Under the pieces are notes generated by a model. The model worked only from the letters and a program-made list of their open reading frames with translations, had not been told where the DNA came from and made no database searches. Made by a program: the position numbers and the translations under genes. Of a DNA stretch of 64,000 bases, positions 25,725 to 39,960 are shown in pieces. Numbering within the stretch: the first letter of the stretch is position 1; each line of letters begins with the position of its first letter. Location of the stretch: assembly GCA_028023455.1 (NCBI GenBank), contig JAQFVV010000006.1, forward strand, positions 17,422,001 to 17,486,000, read 5' to 3'. The DNA is from Epiperipatus broadwayi. Taxonomy: Eukaryota; Animalia; Onychophora.

Positions 25725-26228
25725 GCACTTGAGTAACTACAAATACCTTGGTCATATTATTAATGCAGATGGAATAAAGAATGAAATTAAATACAAGTAG
25801 GCTTGGATGAAATGCTTTGGTAGAAATAACTTAAAATATGTCTTACCAGTTTTTACTTATGAATCCGAGACTTGGACATTTAACAGAAGAGCAATGCAAA
25901 GATTTCAGCCCACTCGATAAATTATGGAAAGATTTGTTAGGAATAAGAATAAGGGATTGAAAACTAAATATATGGATGAGAGAACAAAATTCTTACAGAC
26001 TGAAATGCATGTGTGCTGGACATATTGCTAGAAGAGATGATAATAGATGGATAATTGAAATTTTAAACTGGATCTCAAGAGAGTATAAAAGTCCTAGAGA
26101 GAAGCCACACTTGAGATGTATGGGTGAAATAAGGAATTCTGATGATGTGATGTGGCTAGAGATAAAGGAATTGGATTAAAATTTGAGAGACCTTCATCCC
26201 GCAGTGGATCAATAATTGTTGAATATGA
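25725..26228 (+). mobile_element. RTE-clade LINE 3' fragment
   Basis: KYLG...VLPVFTY.SETW...AGHIARRDDNRW; same family as 39335-39960. Confidence 0.9.
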
Positions 26229-26304
26229 TATATACCATACTGATTAACATATGCATACATGTATAGAATATAGATACTTTTTAATAGATATATGCAGTCA
26301 TATC

Positions 26305-26840
26305 TATTATCATCAACCATTATCAGTTCACTGCAGGATGAAGGTCTCTCCAAGTTCAAACCATCAATCTTTAGCTTCTCTTCTCCACATCATCCCTGCA
26401 TACTTTCTTATTTCATCCATCCATCTCACATGTGATCTCTTTCTGGGTCTTTTACAATCTCTTGGAATCCAGTTTAAGATTTCAATTGTTCATCTATTAT
26501 CATCTCTTCTAGCAATATGTCCAATCCAAGTCCACTTCAGTCTTTTAATTTTTTCAATAAAGTCAGTAACACCTGTTTGTTTTCTTACTCATATATTGCG
26601 TTTTCTCTTCTTGTTTCTCCTAATATGCATCTCTCCATACTTCTTATAGTGGTCTGAAGTCTCTGTATTGCTCTTCTATTAAGTATCCAAGTCTCAGATC
26701 CATAAGTAAGAACTGGTAAAACATATTTTTAAAACCTTTCTTTTCAAACACATAGGCATATTTCCTTTTAATATCAAGTTATTTTTACCAAAAGCACTCC
26801 AACCAAGTCTAATTCTATGATTAATTTTATCCATTATGTT
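26305..26840 (-). mobile_element. RTE-clade LINE 3' fragment
   Basis: Near-colinear with 39335-39880; (ATC)n tail at the left end. Confidence 0.9.
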
Positions 26841-27061
26841 GCGAAAATCCATTGAACATTACTTTAGTCTTTTTAACATTTATCTTTAGTCCTACTTTCA
26901 TCTGATAACTCCTGCATCGTTTTTTTCCCCCCAATAGTCATACATATAATACAACTTATTATCCCTCACAGAATAATAAAACTGTGTTGTTATTGTTTTT
27001 TGTTATAATTATAGATTTATTTATTTTTACATAATTTCATAAATGGATAATATATTTTTTT

Positions 27062-27120
27062 TAAATAAGTCATCAATTTCAAATTATTTTTAAATAAGCC
27101 ATCAATTTCAAATTATTTTT
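27062..27120. repeat. 29-bp tandem duplication
   Basis: taaataagYcatcaatttcaaattatttt twice. Confidence 0.9.
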
Positions 27121-30100
27121 TGTTTTTCATTTGTGATTATAATTCTCATTTTATCATTTACAAAACATACTTTAAAAATTCTTTTAGGTTCAGTAGAAAT
27201 TGCTCCAATCATTAAGTGTATGTTTTGAAATTATTATAAGTGTAATTTTATTAATCTGGTGGGGGAGAGGGGTGTATGTTGCTTTCACTTATAAATGAAT
27301 GATTGAGCTCACATGATTAAAAGTGTGAGATTTGAGAGATATGACTGAGAGAAAAGAAAATAGTGCTATCAGAAAATAGTCTTAAAATTTTTATTTTTTT
27401 TTTAAAAAATAATTCAAAAATAATATTTAATTTAATCTAATAATGAGTTTTATTTAATAATTAAAAGTTAAAATGTTATAATTAGTAGATATCCTTAATT
27501 GTAGTCCAAATGTAAACAATTCAGGGCTAGAGCGAAAGAGTGAAGGAATTCAAATAAATTGTGTAAGACGCTTTAATCAAATGTCATAAGTGAGAAAAGA
27601 TTTATAGAAATTACCACTAACGTGTTCTAACACTTTGTTATTAGAAGTAAAGCAAAGTTTCATATTTTTCTATCAAATGGATGTTATTATAAACAGGAAT
27701 GACTTTCTCCAGTATCATTTATAACAAGCTTGAATAATCAATAATTATATGATGGTATCGCAGTTTCTGACTTTTGCCTTTATCAATAAAGACTTGGTAT
27801 TCAAAGTTGGTATCATTGAACCTTAAAATAAAAAAAAAAATGGTAGTGTTTTCAATTCAAAATTTTGTATCTGTAGGAACCTATTTTCTTGGTGGAGAAT
27901 ATATATTATCATAGTATCATTTGATTCTTTAGTTGCACAATGTATAAAGGAGAGCAGCTCCTCTATACTACCAATGGTTTATCACTGATTACTCAAGGGT
28001 ATTGTAGATGTCACTACAGTAGAACCCTGATCTTGTTTATATCATTATACAAGTTGAAGAATCAAATGGTAAGTCAGTTACTGTTATATGTAGCAACTTA
28101 TTTATATCTGTCATCCGTTACATGGATATGTAACAAATGTCATTTTTCAGAAAATGGATATATTTTTCATAGAAGTACTAGTGTGTGGTAAATATGTTTG
28201 ATGTATACTCTGGGATGTAAAGAAATCCAGTTTGTGGTCAGATTTCATTTGTAACTACAAGACAAAACATTTCTGTAAATCTAAATACAATTAGCCAATA
28301 TTCTGTAAAAACGATCAATATGCTTATATCTGGTAAATTTTTTAATAGTTATATTTTTTGTAAATCTATGGAAACTGGTTACGATAGATATCTAGTGCAG
28401 ACTGCTAAGTAGGGTCTTATCAATATTTGAGAAATACTCAGCACTAGCATTCACAAATGAATAAAGGTTGCTATTTCAGCTCTAAGAAGATAAAAGAAAG
28501 ACAACATAATGAGTTTTGCTATGGCTAGGCAAGTCAATGCATGAAATGCAAATACATCCACATGGAGAAGATCATTAATCTGTTTTTTTATGTATATACT
28601 TTGTATAGTTTATTTTTTTTATTGCTTTTATATTTAAATGTTAGTGAAATCTTGCCATAATTGTAACTCTCCATTGTGTTTTTAAACACCGCACTTTCTT
28701 TACAGTGAAAGCAATCAATACTGCACTTGTTTAACAAATCGGCTAGACAATATCATATAATGGGGTTTGAATTGGTAAAATAATGTTATGCTGAGACAGA
28801 AGTAACTCAGATTTTGTTTTACATAGGCATTTGGCCTTGCAAATTACACTATTTGTCAAATATATATTTAGAAAAATTCATCTCTGCACATAACAGACAG
28901 CAATAACTTCTATAAGAAGTCCAAACATCACATATGAACGAGTACATTAACTTACATAACTTACGTGAAATGTTTTCATGTTTGAACACATTAATTAAAG
29001 AAATAATTTCAGTTTTCAACTAAGCCACCCCCTGTTCTTTGCTTCAGGGATATATTAGCAGTCTTTGAAGTTCAAGGTTTATAGATCACTATGCAGCTAT
29101 CACTCCTTCTGAGCATGAAAGCCATTCAATTACTAAATTGTCAAGTCACTTTTTAAAAATATTTTCATGCAGGTGTTTAATCAGATTCAAAACCATTCAT
29201 TGTAGAAATGGAAAAGACAAATTATCTTATATTGCAAGCTCAATTTTTTTAGTATTTGGTGCATAAGCAGAATGTTAAACCATTTTAGATTGTCTCCCTC
29301 AAAAAATTATTTCTCTTTCTGAAAAATGTTTTTTTTATGTATATAATGATTAATAAAAGCATAAGTTGATTTAAAACATAAGAATACAGCTTTTTATTTT
29401 CAAATTAAAGCTCACTATCCACAATCTTCTTTGATATATTAGTGAGAGTTCTATCATTTACTACTTCTGTGCAGTAAATATGAAATACCATTCTAGTCTT
29501 TATGCCATTGGTGTTGCTGTGAGATTTGCAGCAGCAAAAGCTTGCTTAAACTTTACCATTGACATATGCTTCTAAGATCAGTTTTAGAAGTTTCATTACT
29601 CTAGACTCATTCGTTGTAATTCTGAGTAATCATTAGACATGTAACAATATCGTGCCCACATCTTCAGGTCAATGTATTGATTTTGACTACAGTGAGATCG
29701 GGGATTCAAAGCTGGAACTAACATGGTTGTTGTGTTCTTCAGGATAACAGTAGGTGGGTCTACAGTAAGCTAAGAAGAACTGCTCTTGGAAGCATATAAG
29801 TAAACTGAGAAACTCATGGCGTAATTAGTATTAATTTTCCTAGTCAAAGGGTTGAAGGAACCTACAGTTGACGTAAAACTAAGATTCTTTAAAATATATA
29901 TAAGCTAACTTGGTTTCAGATTTATACAACTACTGAAAGTAAATTGCCTTTTGGTCAAAACTTGTAGGGGTTGTTTTTTTTTTTTTTTTAAAAAAAATTC
30001 AGACGATTAATATGATTACTATTAATTAAAAAAGTAACTTCTGGTTGCATAAATACATTAGTTCTGGCTTTGAATCTTAAGTCTGCATTGACTAAGGCAA

Positions 30101-33100
30101 AATCTGGAAATTTAGACTGGTTGTAGAGGATATTGGATATTATATCTAGTGTTAATTGATTATTTAATTAAGCTTACAGAAGGTGACTTTAGAACAAAAT
30201 CAGAAAACATACATGTATCAATGAAAGGTAATTTAGATCAATTTTATCTTAAATTATTTATTTACATATCTGAAACAAATAGTTATTATCAACATTATTA
30301 AACAGTTTTACATTAAGCTTATGGTATGTATGGAATTGGTTTTGAGTTTAATGGTTATTGTAATACGTTTTCAGCTCTCAGGAAGAGTTTTTTAAAAGAA
30401 ATAATGATAGTGTTTATGTATATGTATAAGCATTCCGAGATGTCTGTCATAGTTAATAGAAAATTGATTTTAATGTATTTATTCTCTGGTGAAAAATCTA
30501 TGATGTCAGTTTTAATATATCTTTATATCAAACGAGATTAAATTAATTTTACAGTTCGGAATGTTTATTTGATTTCAAATCAATTGCGTGAATTCTAGTA
30601 ATAGTTATATTAAAGTATTTTAAAGCAAAAGTAATATTGTGTATTCAATCTTCTGCCTAAGATAACTAGGCATAGGGTCATTTGCTCTAAGTTTACTGCT
30701 TGCTACTCTTTTAGCACAGTTTAGGGATGCATAGTAATAGTTAAAACTATATCGTAACACTTCACCTGACCATCAATTTATTACTCAGTGGTGTTTTGCT
30801 GTTATTATCTGGAGGATAAAAATATCCAGATTAATTAAATTTGGGCAGATGAGTGTTGATGTTGTTGGTTATAAAACAAAAATATGACTAATATAACACA
30901 TCATTTGTCAGTAGGGAGAAAGCTGCCATAATTCTATGGATGCTAAAGTCTTTAGTAGATTTTTTTTCCTTTACTGGAATGAAACGATTTAAATGTGTTT
31001 CTATCTTTTTTTTAAAGTCAGTATGCGCTTCATTACTTTGAAATTACTGCTGACTAATATATGCTTCTTAAATAGAATAAAAAATTAATTAGCTCTAAAT
31101 ATGACAGAAATTATTCATGTAGTATTTCATCTCTTTATAGCTAGTAGGTTTTACTTTGATTAATGTTTTCAAAATTTATTTACACAGTGTATTCCTAATA
31201 TGCGAGTCTTACGATATAATAAAATTGATTTATTTCCATAATTAATATAAATTACACTCTCCGCCCATCTGTTATTTACAATTTTTAGGACATGACTTAA
31301 TTTTAAAAAAAATATCCGTAAGAACAATTATATTTCCAGTCCTTTAAAGTAAATTTTATGTTTAATAGTGCCAATTTTCTAAAAAAAAATATCGTTGGTG
31401 CATTTTTATCATCATCATCATCATTCTTTTTGGGGTTTTTTTTTTTTTTGCATAGTCTTTGCCTTCTACATCTTCCTTCTATTATTAGTTCTAATACTAC
31501 AACAACAAGACTGGATTTATTATTAAACAGTACTATAAAATACTAATAATTTTTGAATACAATAAATCACATGTTTTGTTGCTCAGGAGATTACGTGATG
31601 TTGATAGAATCCAGCTGATGTCCATGGAACTTTAGTTAGAATTTTCCGCCTTCTATTGCACAAAATGATGAGTAATCTGCTGTTATATACATTATTTCCA
31701 ATTGCATGGCGTCAAGTTCTTCACTATCATACTGCAGACAGCCTTCTGCTTTATTAAGAAATCTGTTCCTCAAGGTTTTTTTTTTTTATGCGTTAGTTGA
31801 ATTTTGGTAGTCCCAAATCAAAAATTTGCATTTTCATTGTAGTACAGCACATTCTTGGTAATCAATTATAAAATGAAAAATAAAAAAAAACACTATTGAA
31901 TAATCAAAACTTCAGATCATGTTCAGTTGCACTTTCTTATTTTTTTACTTTCTATCATTTGATTCGTCATATATTGAAGACCGTAATCTCATGCCCAGAG
32001 TTTTTCTCATAGCAAAAGAAAACGAACTAAGTTGAAAACTAAGTTATTGGGTTTTTTTTAATATATTGACAAATATGCTATCTGAGATGCATAAACCATC
32101 AAGCCATAGTTTTACTGTAATAAATGGTTGAAATTAATTATTTTATACACTGATACAATTTATTATTCAAGATGTTATATAAAAGTGATATATGATTATA
32201 TATGTGCTTAATACTATAAAGATTAGCTTACTTACATATATTACTTCTTTCACACTTTGGAATAAAGCAAGTAAAATCTGTGTAATATAAATTAACATTA
32301 AAGACCATTTTCTGATTTGCGGTTGCTGATAATGAGACTTGGCCCCGTTGAAGGGAGTTCCCATGAAACCTGTCCTTTGAGCTTTCTATGATCACAATTC
32401 ACAATTTGGTTATTATGTAATATCTTACATCTTGGTTAATTAAAAAGCTAATAGAAAGTACTTACAAAATGCCCTTAATCATAATATAACATCCATGTAT
32501 AATGTATGTATTCTATTCTATAATTCCACCAATGTTTAGACCATATTCTGTAGTCATTTTCAATTATATATATATATATGTTTAGAAAAGAGCATTTAGA
32601 TGATAATTTTTATATATTGAAATTAGAAGGTCTTTTTTTAAAGTGGATTCTAATTTTAGATAGTCCTATTTTGTCATTATATTCTTTATCTCTTTTTTAT
32701 AAAATCTACAAATACAGCTTTTCCCTGCTTCAGTAGTAGAGGATTGTTTTCAAAACCTTTAATCAGTTGAAGAACTAAAACTGCTTTGACACAAATGATT
32801 GACACAATCCTTTAGAGTTCAAATAATATCACAAAATGATATAATCGTAATTGAAGCTGTTTAAAAATATTATAAATACTACAACAAATATTGTTGTGAA
32901 TGGCAAATATCTATCATCAAAGGGAAAAAGTTGGATGGGAATGCATTTTTAAAGTAACATTTAAGTAAATTTTATGTTATAGTTGTTTTTTAGAATATAT
33001 TTAATTTCTTTATTATTTTGCTTGACAAAATATTGAACATATTTATTTATAATAATATCAATTTTTATTTTGTAATGAAATATATGCTTCAGTTTAAATA

Positions 33101-33445
33101 AACAGATTTTGAAAAGTGCTTTCAACTATTTTAGTATATTTGTTTTAAGGTTGGATTTAAGAGCTACAAATATCAGGTTTGATTCTCTGCATATTAAAAA
33201 AAAAAAAAATCTCAAAACTATCAGTTGAATTGAATCACTCAACCTGCCTTTAGATTTGCTCAAACTTTTGATGATTTTCCAGTCAACTAACCAATCATCA
33301 TTTATATGTATATATAATGATGAGATGTATTTATATTTCTTCGATATTATTTTTATCTCTTATACAACTCTTTCTGATAAAAAGTGTAAAGTCGTGGAGC
33401 ACGTGTCTTTTTAACATTGGATAAGTATTCGTTAATCTACAGTGG

Positions 33446-33544
33446 GTTTTTTTTTTTAATATGTCAAAGCGTCGGCCGGGAAGCGAACCCCAGAACAACT
33501 GCTTATAAGGCAGTTGTGCTAACCACTCGGCCACCAATGCTTGA
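33446..33544 (-). mobile_element. Short tRNA-derived SINE (family S1) with poly(A) and TSD
   Basis: Minus strand tcaaGCATTGGTGGCCGAGTGG (A box)...GGTTCGCTTCCCGGCCGACGC tttgacatatt(A)n; ctacagtgg repeated at 33437-33445 and 33545-33553. Confidence 0.85.
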
Positions 33545-34779
33545 CTACAGTGGAGTTTTAGTTGTTTATTAGTAATGTGACTGTATATTATAGTACTTAG
33601 TTTCATATATTAACATGTTATGTATTATACTGCATACTTTTTAGATTTTAAATCATCATGTATATATATATATCATTAAAAATCAGTCAACACTTAGACA
33701 ATCCTAATATCAATAACAATCAACAATTTCAAACTGTTGTGTATTTATATACCACACACATAAACTAATGTGCATAAAGTAAAACAAAACTAAACTAACT
33801 CATAAATACATACAAAGCATTTTATTTACAGATGGATACTATTAGGTTTTTAGTATTCCTTTATTCTCTTATAGTTTCCTATAGCAACATTTTGCCAGTT
33901 TTGCAATCGTTTGATGATGGGTGACTGGAACTAAAATATTTTAATTTATTAGCTCAAAAAAAAAAAGGGGGGGGGGAGATCTGAGGAGATCAGAAGTCTA
34001 CAAGAAATTAGAAAGGATCTGCACGTCTGCCAGGTTGTTCTTGGTCTTTGAGAGCAGTTGCAAAATTAATTGTAAACTCCTCTTTTATTGGTGTTAGCAA
34101 TAAGCAATAATAATATATTTCGTTTATTTAAATGTTTATGATTATTTTTATAAAATATTTGTATAGTAATTTTTTAAAAACAAAAATAATACATGATTAC
34201 ATTTTGATTTTAGTTCAATATGTTTTATTCTTTAAAATACAAATTTAAAGAAATTCAGCATATTGGAGGAAACCACATTCAATAATGGTTTGCTACACAT
34301 AGTTGCACAGAACTTTTGTGATATTTTAAAAATTATAAGTGGAGTTTAAGAGCAGAATTTGATGGATTTATGATGGCTCTACATTTATTTAATGACATTT
34401 TAAAAATGAAATTCAATCAATAAAGATTTTATTATTCTTATTATGAATTTCACTTTAATTATTATTTTTTATATATTTGCAAATTTCAGATATGATTTTG
34501 TTAAGATGTTTTTCATTTGTAAACTTATATTTTTATCAAATCAAGCCCAAAGTTATTTGAATACTAATGTAAAATCAAGGTTTAAATATTAAAGTCAAGA
34601 TTGACAAAAATGACCATCAGGGAGAACTATGAAAAATGGTATACTATTGAAGAATTTACTTTAATTTTTTGAAATGAGGCTAGAATCATTTTACTACAGT
34701 CTCTCAGTGCATTCTTTATATTAGAAGTAAAGACTAAAATAAATTGTTTAAAAAGAAAGATAGATATGTATAAAACTAT

Positions 34780-35570
34780 CAGTCATTTTCCTCGGATTTT
34801 TTTACATGTGATATATCTCATTTTTTGCCAGTCACGATTAAAAATGTGACGAGATTTCGTATCAGCTTTTGCCTGTCCAAATTCCGTCACTTTTAATGGT
34901 ACAATAAAGATTTTACCCGCGTTTGAAAATTTAGAAAAAGTTCTGTAAGATGCTGCCCTCTCTTGAATTATTTTACAAGTAAAAAATCAATAAAACAGTA
35001 ATCAAAACTTAAACAAAAGAAATAGGAGGGTTTTCCTTGAATCTTATTGGCTGTTACATTTTGACAACAAAGGAAATGGCTGTCAATCACTGAAAAGTTG
35101 CGATATGTTTTTGCTTTATTTTGAAAATGATAAACGAATGTTTTAGACTATTTTAAATGTATTTTTTGACAAGTTATAAATTATTTTGATGAAATATGCG
35201 AAAAATAAAAATTATTTTAGAAAAATAGTTCAGAATTTAATAAATTATTTACTTTTTTTTCAGCGATAAAATTGTCAAAGAAAATTGCTGACGTCATAAA
35301 ACGTTTTCATTGGTTAAAAATATTCGTTTTACAATTTCCGATCGCAAATATTTTTTATAACTATAAAGAGAAAATTATTTTTGAAAAAACTTTCGTTCTC
35401 TTTCATAATCTGACAAATTATTAATATACTTTTTACAAACAAAACTAAAGTGTATATAATATTAAAAGATAAATATATTTTGATGATTGAATTTGTGTTT
35501 TGACACTTCACTTTGTGAATTGACCAATTAAAATTTTAAACTTTTACTTCACTCGGCCAATAAAAAAATC
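34780..35570. promoter_or_regulatory. Candidate TATA-less promoter / CpG-retaining region
   Basis: About 18 CpGs in about 800 bp of very AT-rich DNA. ATTGG at 35046 and 35309, TGATTGACAG (minus) at 35080-35089, TGACGTCA at 35289-35296, CCAAT near 35524 and 35557. Confidence 0.4.
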
Positions 35571-38000
35571 AGCAGAAAATAGAATATTATTGTAAATCTA
35601 AATATTACAAAAAAAGTCAGATGTCACATGTCCTAATTTAATAAGCTTGTATATATAACATCTAAATATTAACAGTAATGTAAGCTGACTATTTTTGACT
35701 TCAATTATCCTCAGACTTATGTTTAGCAATAAAGGGTAAAACTATTATAAGTTTTAAGCAAAACTGTTGAACAATCAAAACTCTCCACTTTTAAAAATCA
35801 TCAATAGTATTCTGTCACATGGATAGGTCCAGAGAGTGGTCACATCACCAATTCATCCATTTTTCCACTCTGTTCTTTTCAATTTCACATAACTTTTTCC
35901 ATCTCTTATATCATCCAACAATGTCAATTTTTTCCATCCTTTCACTTTTGAAAATAATGAACAAATTCTATGTAATAAGTGTATGTGAAAAATGTTTATT
36001 TTTGTTGTTAAAGAGAAAGAACGTCATAATGAAGTGTCCAAACAGGCAATTATCTGTATGATTCAGTCATGTTTGAATGGCTGCAGGAATTAACAATATT
36101 GTTTATGCATTAAACATCAATTTTAATCGTCTTTCATTAAGTATTAAATTCTCAAAATTATTATAGTTTGTGTTGTTCCTCTTCCAATGTTTTTTTTTTT
36201 TTAAAGAAAGAGCCAAGATGTGTTGGTGTTATTATTATTTTTATTAACATTATAAATATCTAATCATGCTTTTGAATAAATGTTTATGGGAAACTATTAA
36301 GAAATATAATATTATAGACTTTAATCTTACTGATCATATTAATTTGTTTAACTTTAATTTTTTGAACTTTTGCATCTTTCTGAAACTACAAGGAATTTTA
36401 TACAATTAATCATATATCTGTGGGAATTAAATGAAGTTTTAAATATTTTGAGATGCAAAGATTTTACCAAATATCTCAAAAACAGAACCAGAATTTACAT
36501 TAATCACAGTTGATTGGTTTGGGGGGAAATAATTAAAATTCAGATCGACTGGGCTATTGGGGAGGAGGGGTATTCCCATGGGAATAATGTTTGAGATAAT
36601 AAAACCACAAAACTTACTTTCATGGATTAACATTTAATATTGTAACAATTTCCAAACATTAATGTTATTATTTTAAAAGTGAAATGAACGTAAATTAGAC
36701 ATTCACAAAATTAGCATTCTCTTCATCTGTAATTATTATATTCAGGTAAAACTTCTTTTTAAAAATTTTTTCATCAAATTTAATTGTATCTTTAACCTTT
36801 CTGCTGTGCACATTTTTTTGATGATCCTATCAGCTATATGGATTACATTTCCAACTTTTTATTTCAATGAATTAATTTGTATTCTTTGTTTACATTTTCA
36901 TAATTTTCAAATCATTTCTTAGAAATATAAGCTTGCAGGCAAAAACTTTAATCGAAAATAATATTTTAAAAATGAAATACATGATCTCAACAATAATGTT
37001 GTTTTTTTAGTGATTGCCAATAAGAATATATTTGGAACAAAATAAAATTTATGTAAACTCCTTTTTTAAAACATGAATGCATTTATGTCAAGAACACGTA
37101 AAGCAGCCAAATTGTTTTAAAATTTTTAATTCCACTTATAATTATTAAAAAATTATAGGTAGAATAATTAAAGTTATCTGTGCTAACACACATTCCTTTT
37201 TAATTAATCACAACTTCCTGCTTTATATTATTACATTTTTCTTAACTTGTCTTCTAAAAACAAAAATTTTTGAATAAAATCTGAGTGTAATCATAAATAT
37301 ATAAACAAGCTAGTTTTTGAATTTAACTAAAGAATGCTTTCAAACATGAAAACAAAGAAAGTATTGAATAGTGACATTGATTTGTTGTATTTTTTATAAA
37401 ATTAGTAAATCATATTTTTGTTTCAATTTTTTACCATCAAATGAATTAAAACTGGCAAACTAGCGTAGATAGCAGTAAGGGTAAATTTAAGCTAAACCAA
37501 TAGAAGCAACATTATGTAAGCTTTAAAAGAAGAAATATCAAAGAAAGAATTAAACAGTAGATTATTTTCTGTAATATAATAAAGAATGTCTTTCTTATTT
37601 GATTTTCACATAACTGATAATGAAGTGAAGATTTCATAAAACTTTAAAGGATTTTCACTTCTTTAAACCAAAAGTAGCTTTATATATATATATTTCTGGC
37701 AAAATAAAGTTGTGGGGTTTTTTTTGAGAACTTTAGTGAAAAGACAGTTTTTAATTTGTCATTAGAAATTAAAAATCAAATATAATTGACTCTACAAGTA
37801 ATGCTTATTTAAATTAGATAACTTTATTTGCCATGGCCAAATTGCATAATTAAATAAAGCTAAATTTGCAAAATTTAATGTTTATTTAGTTTAAGTAATA
37901 TTTTTGTTCAGATATAACTATTTGTTAATAAATTTATTATTAAAATTATTTTTAATATAATTAAAGAAATGAAATTTTTTTTATAAAAGTTATAAATTAA

Positions 38001-38307
38001 AATAAATCTAGATACTGCAAATCTCTAGCACTCGTTACAATACTTAACTGACAGCCAATCAGATGGCATGGATAGCTGTCAAAATGACATTCAAACCTAA
38101 ACACACAATAGAAATTTTCTCTTGTGTATCATTTCGACAGCTATCTGTGCCATCTGATTGGCTATCAGTTAAGTATTGTAATGAGTGCTAAAATTTTTGT
38201 TGTGTGTTTAGGTTTGAATGTCATTTCGACAGCTATCCGTGCCAGCTGATTGGCTGTCAGTTAAGTATTGTAACGAGCGCTAGAGATTTGCAGTATCTCA
38301 ATTTATT
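38001..38307. mobile_element. Foldback MITE-like element with an extra internal partial arm
   Basis: 38001-38117 is the reverse complement of 38191-38307; 38131-38190 is a second direct copy of part of the right arm. Confidence 0.85.
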
Positions 38308-39334
38308 TCAATTTTCAACAATCAGCGCTTCACAAATTAAAATATTATTTAAGTTATAAATGAAGGAAATAAAAAACAAAACATTTTCTGTGTTAGTGAG
38401 AATTACATAGGTTTTTCTTTTTTGTTTCATTTTAAATCCTGAAAACATCGTATAATTACAAAAATAAATACAATTTTATATTTATTAAATTAAGAAATCA
38501 TCTCTCTTCAATTATCAAAGTAAATCTGGAAACCAAAGATTATCTTTACAATTATTTCTGCTTGATTAAAATCTGAACAAGTGCCACCATTTTGTGTTTA
38601 TTGAGTTTAGTGATTCGATCTTTGAACTGTAGAACCATGTATTTTGCTAACTCCTTATTGTTTATTATTAAAATTGAAGACTAAAATAAATAATGTTTAC
38701 CAGACAGTTGTGTTTACTATAAGAATACAATAGAATTACTGACTCACAGATTGTTTTAATGCCATCTGAAGTGAATCATCTTTGAAGAATTTGAGGATAG
38801 TCCATTCTGTGAGAAAATGAAATTTGCTAGGAAAGAGTTAAATTTGCTTTTCCCGAGTCTTTACATTTTTAAATGTAGCTTTTGCTACATTTCAGTTCTT
38901 ATTCTGGTATCAATTACTGAACTATATTTTTGTGTACTTGATAATATTTCTTTATTGCTCATCTTTGATAACTTGGAATTTCACATTTAAGATAGAATTA
39001 TAGTAAGTTTACTACTCTTTGTCAGGGTTTAGAAAGTATTGATGCCATGCCCTATAGTAAATGCACTAACATTTTTGTATAAATATATAATATGATGACT
39101 TTTTTGTTATGTGATTGTTTGATCTGTAAGCTTGCATTTTGTGAAACTGAAACCCTGTTTATTTTGTTTTTTAGCTATTCCTTTGTGGTCATATGAAATC
39201 ATGTTAAATGAAGAAGTGATGAATGAGAATCCCTTGTACATATTTTCAGTTAAAATTGTAAAACAGTGACATTGTATATACGAATACATTACCTATATAT
39301 GTAGAGAGGTGGGAAATATTCTGCTTGTATTTAT

Positions 39335-39960
39335 ATCATCATCATCAACCATTATCAATCCACTGCAGGATGAAGGTCTCCAAGTTCAATCCATCTCCTC
39401 TGATCTTTAGCTTCTCTTTTCCACATCACCCCTGCACACTTTCTTATTTCATCTATCCATCTCACATGTGGTCTCTTTCTGGGTCTTTTACAATCTCTTA
39501 GAATCCAGTTTAAGATATCAGTTGTCCATCTATTATCATCTCTTCTAGCAATATATCCAGCCCAACTCCACTTCAGTCTTTTAATTTTTTCAATGAGGTC
39601 AGTAACACTTGTTTGTTCTCTTACCCATATATTGCGTTTTTGATCTCTTCTCATTACTCCCAACATCCATCTTTCCATACTTCTTTGAGTGGTCTGAAGT
39701 CTCTGTATTGCTCTTCTTTTAAGTGTCCAAATCTCAGATCCATAAGTAAAAACTGGTAAAACACATTTATTAAAAACTTTCCTTTTCAAACACATAGGCA
39801 TATTTCCTTTTAGTATCAAGGTATTTCTACAGAAGCACTCCAACTAAGTTTAATTCTATGATTAATTTCATCCATTATGTTTCCATCTGTATTAATAATC
39901 TGACCAAGGTATTTGTAACTGTTAACTTGTTCTAAAGCATCATAATCAATCTTAATTTTC
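39335..39960 (-). mobile_element. RTE-clade LINE 3' fragment (best preserved)
   Basis: ORF 39355-39843 LKRKVFNKCVLPVFTYGSEIW...KWSWAGYIARRDDNRW...RW.DE; (GAT)n tail. Confidence 0.92.

Noticed and set aside
27877-28068. Exon candidate with strong acceptor and donor
   Set aside because: All three frames from the acceptor at 27877 contain stops.
29640-29670. Minus-strand CTGAAGA...GATA
   Set aside because: Stem II loop only 2 nt, GAAA mutated, no stem I.
31610-31775. Minus-strand frame RNRFLNKAEGCLQYDSEELDAMQLE...GGKF
   Set aside because: Closed upstream by a stop, no convincing acceptor, no recognised homology.
33470-33541. Functional tRNA gene
   Set aside because: Mismatched acceptor stem, altered T-loop, poly(A) plus TSD, and a diverged second copy indicate a SINE.
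36439-36633. Protein-like ORFs on both strands
   Set aside because: No usable splice sites or homology; the plus frame has an internal stop.
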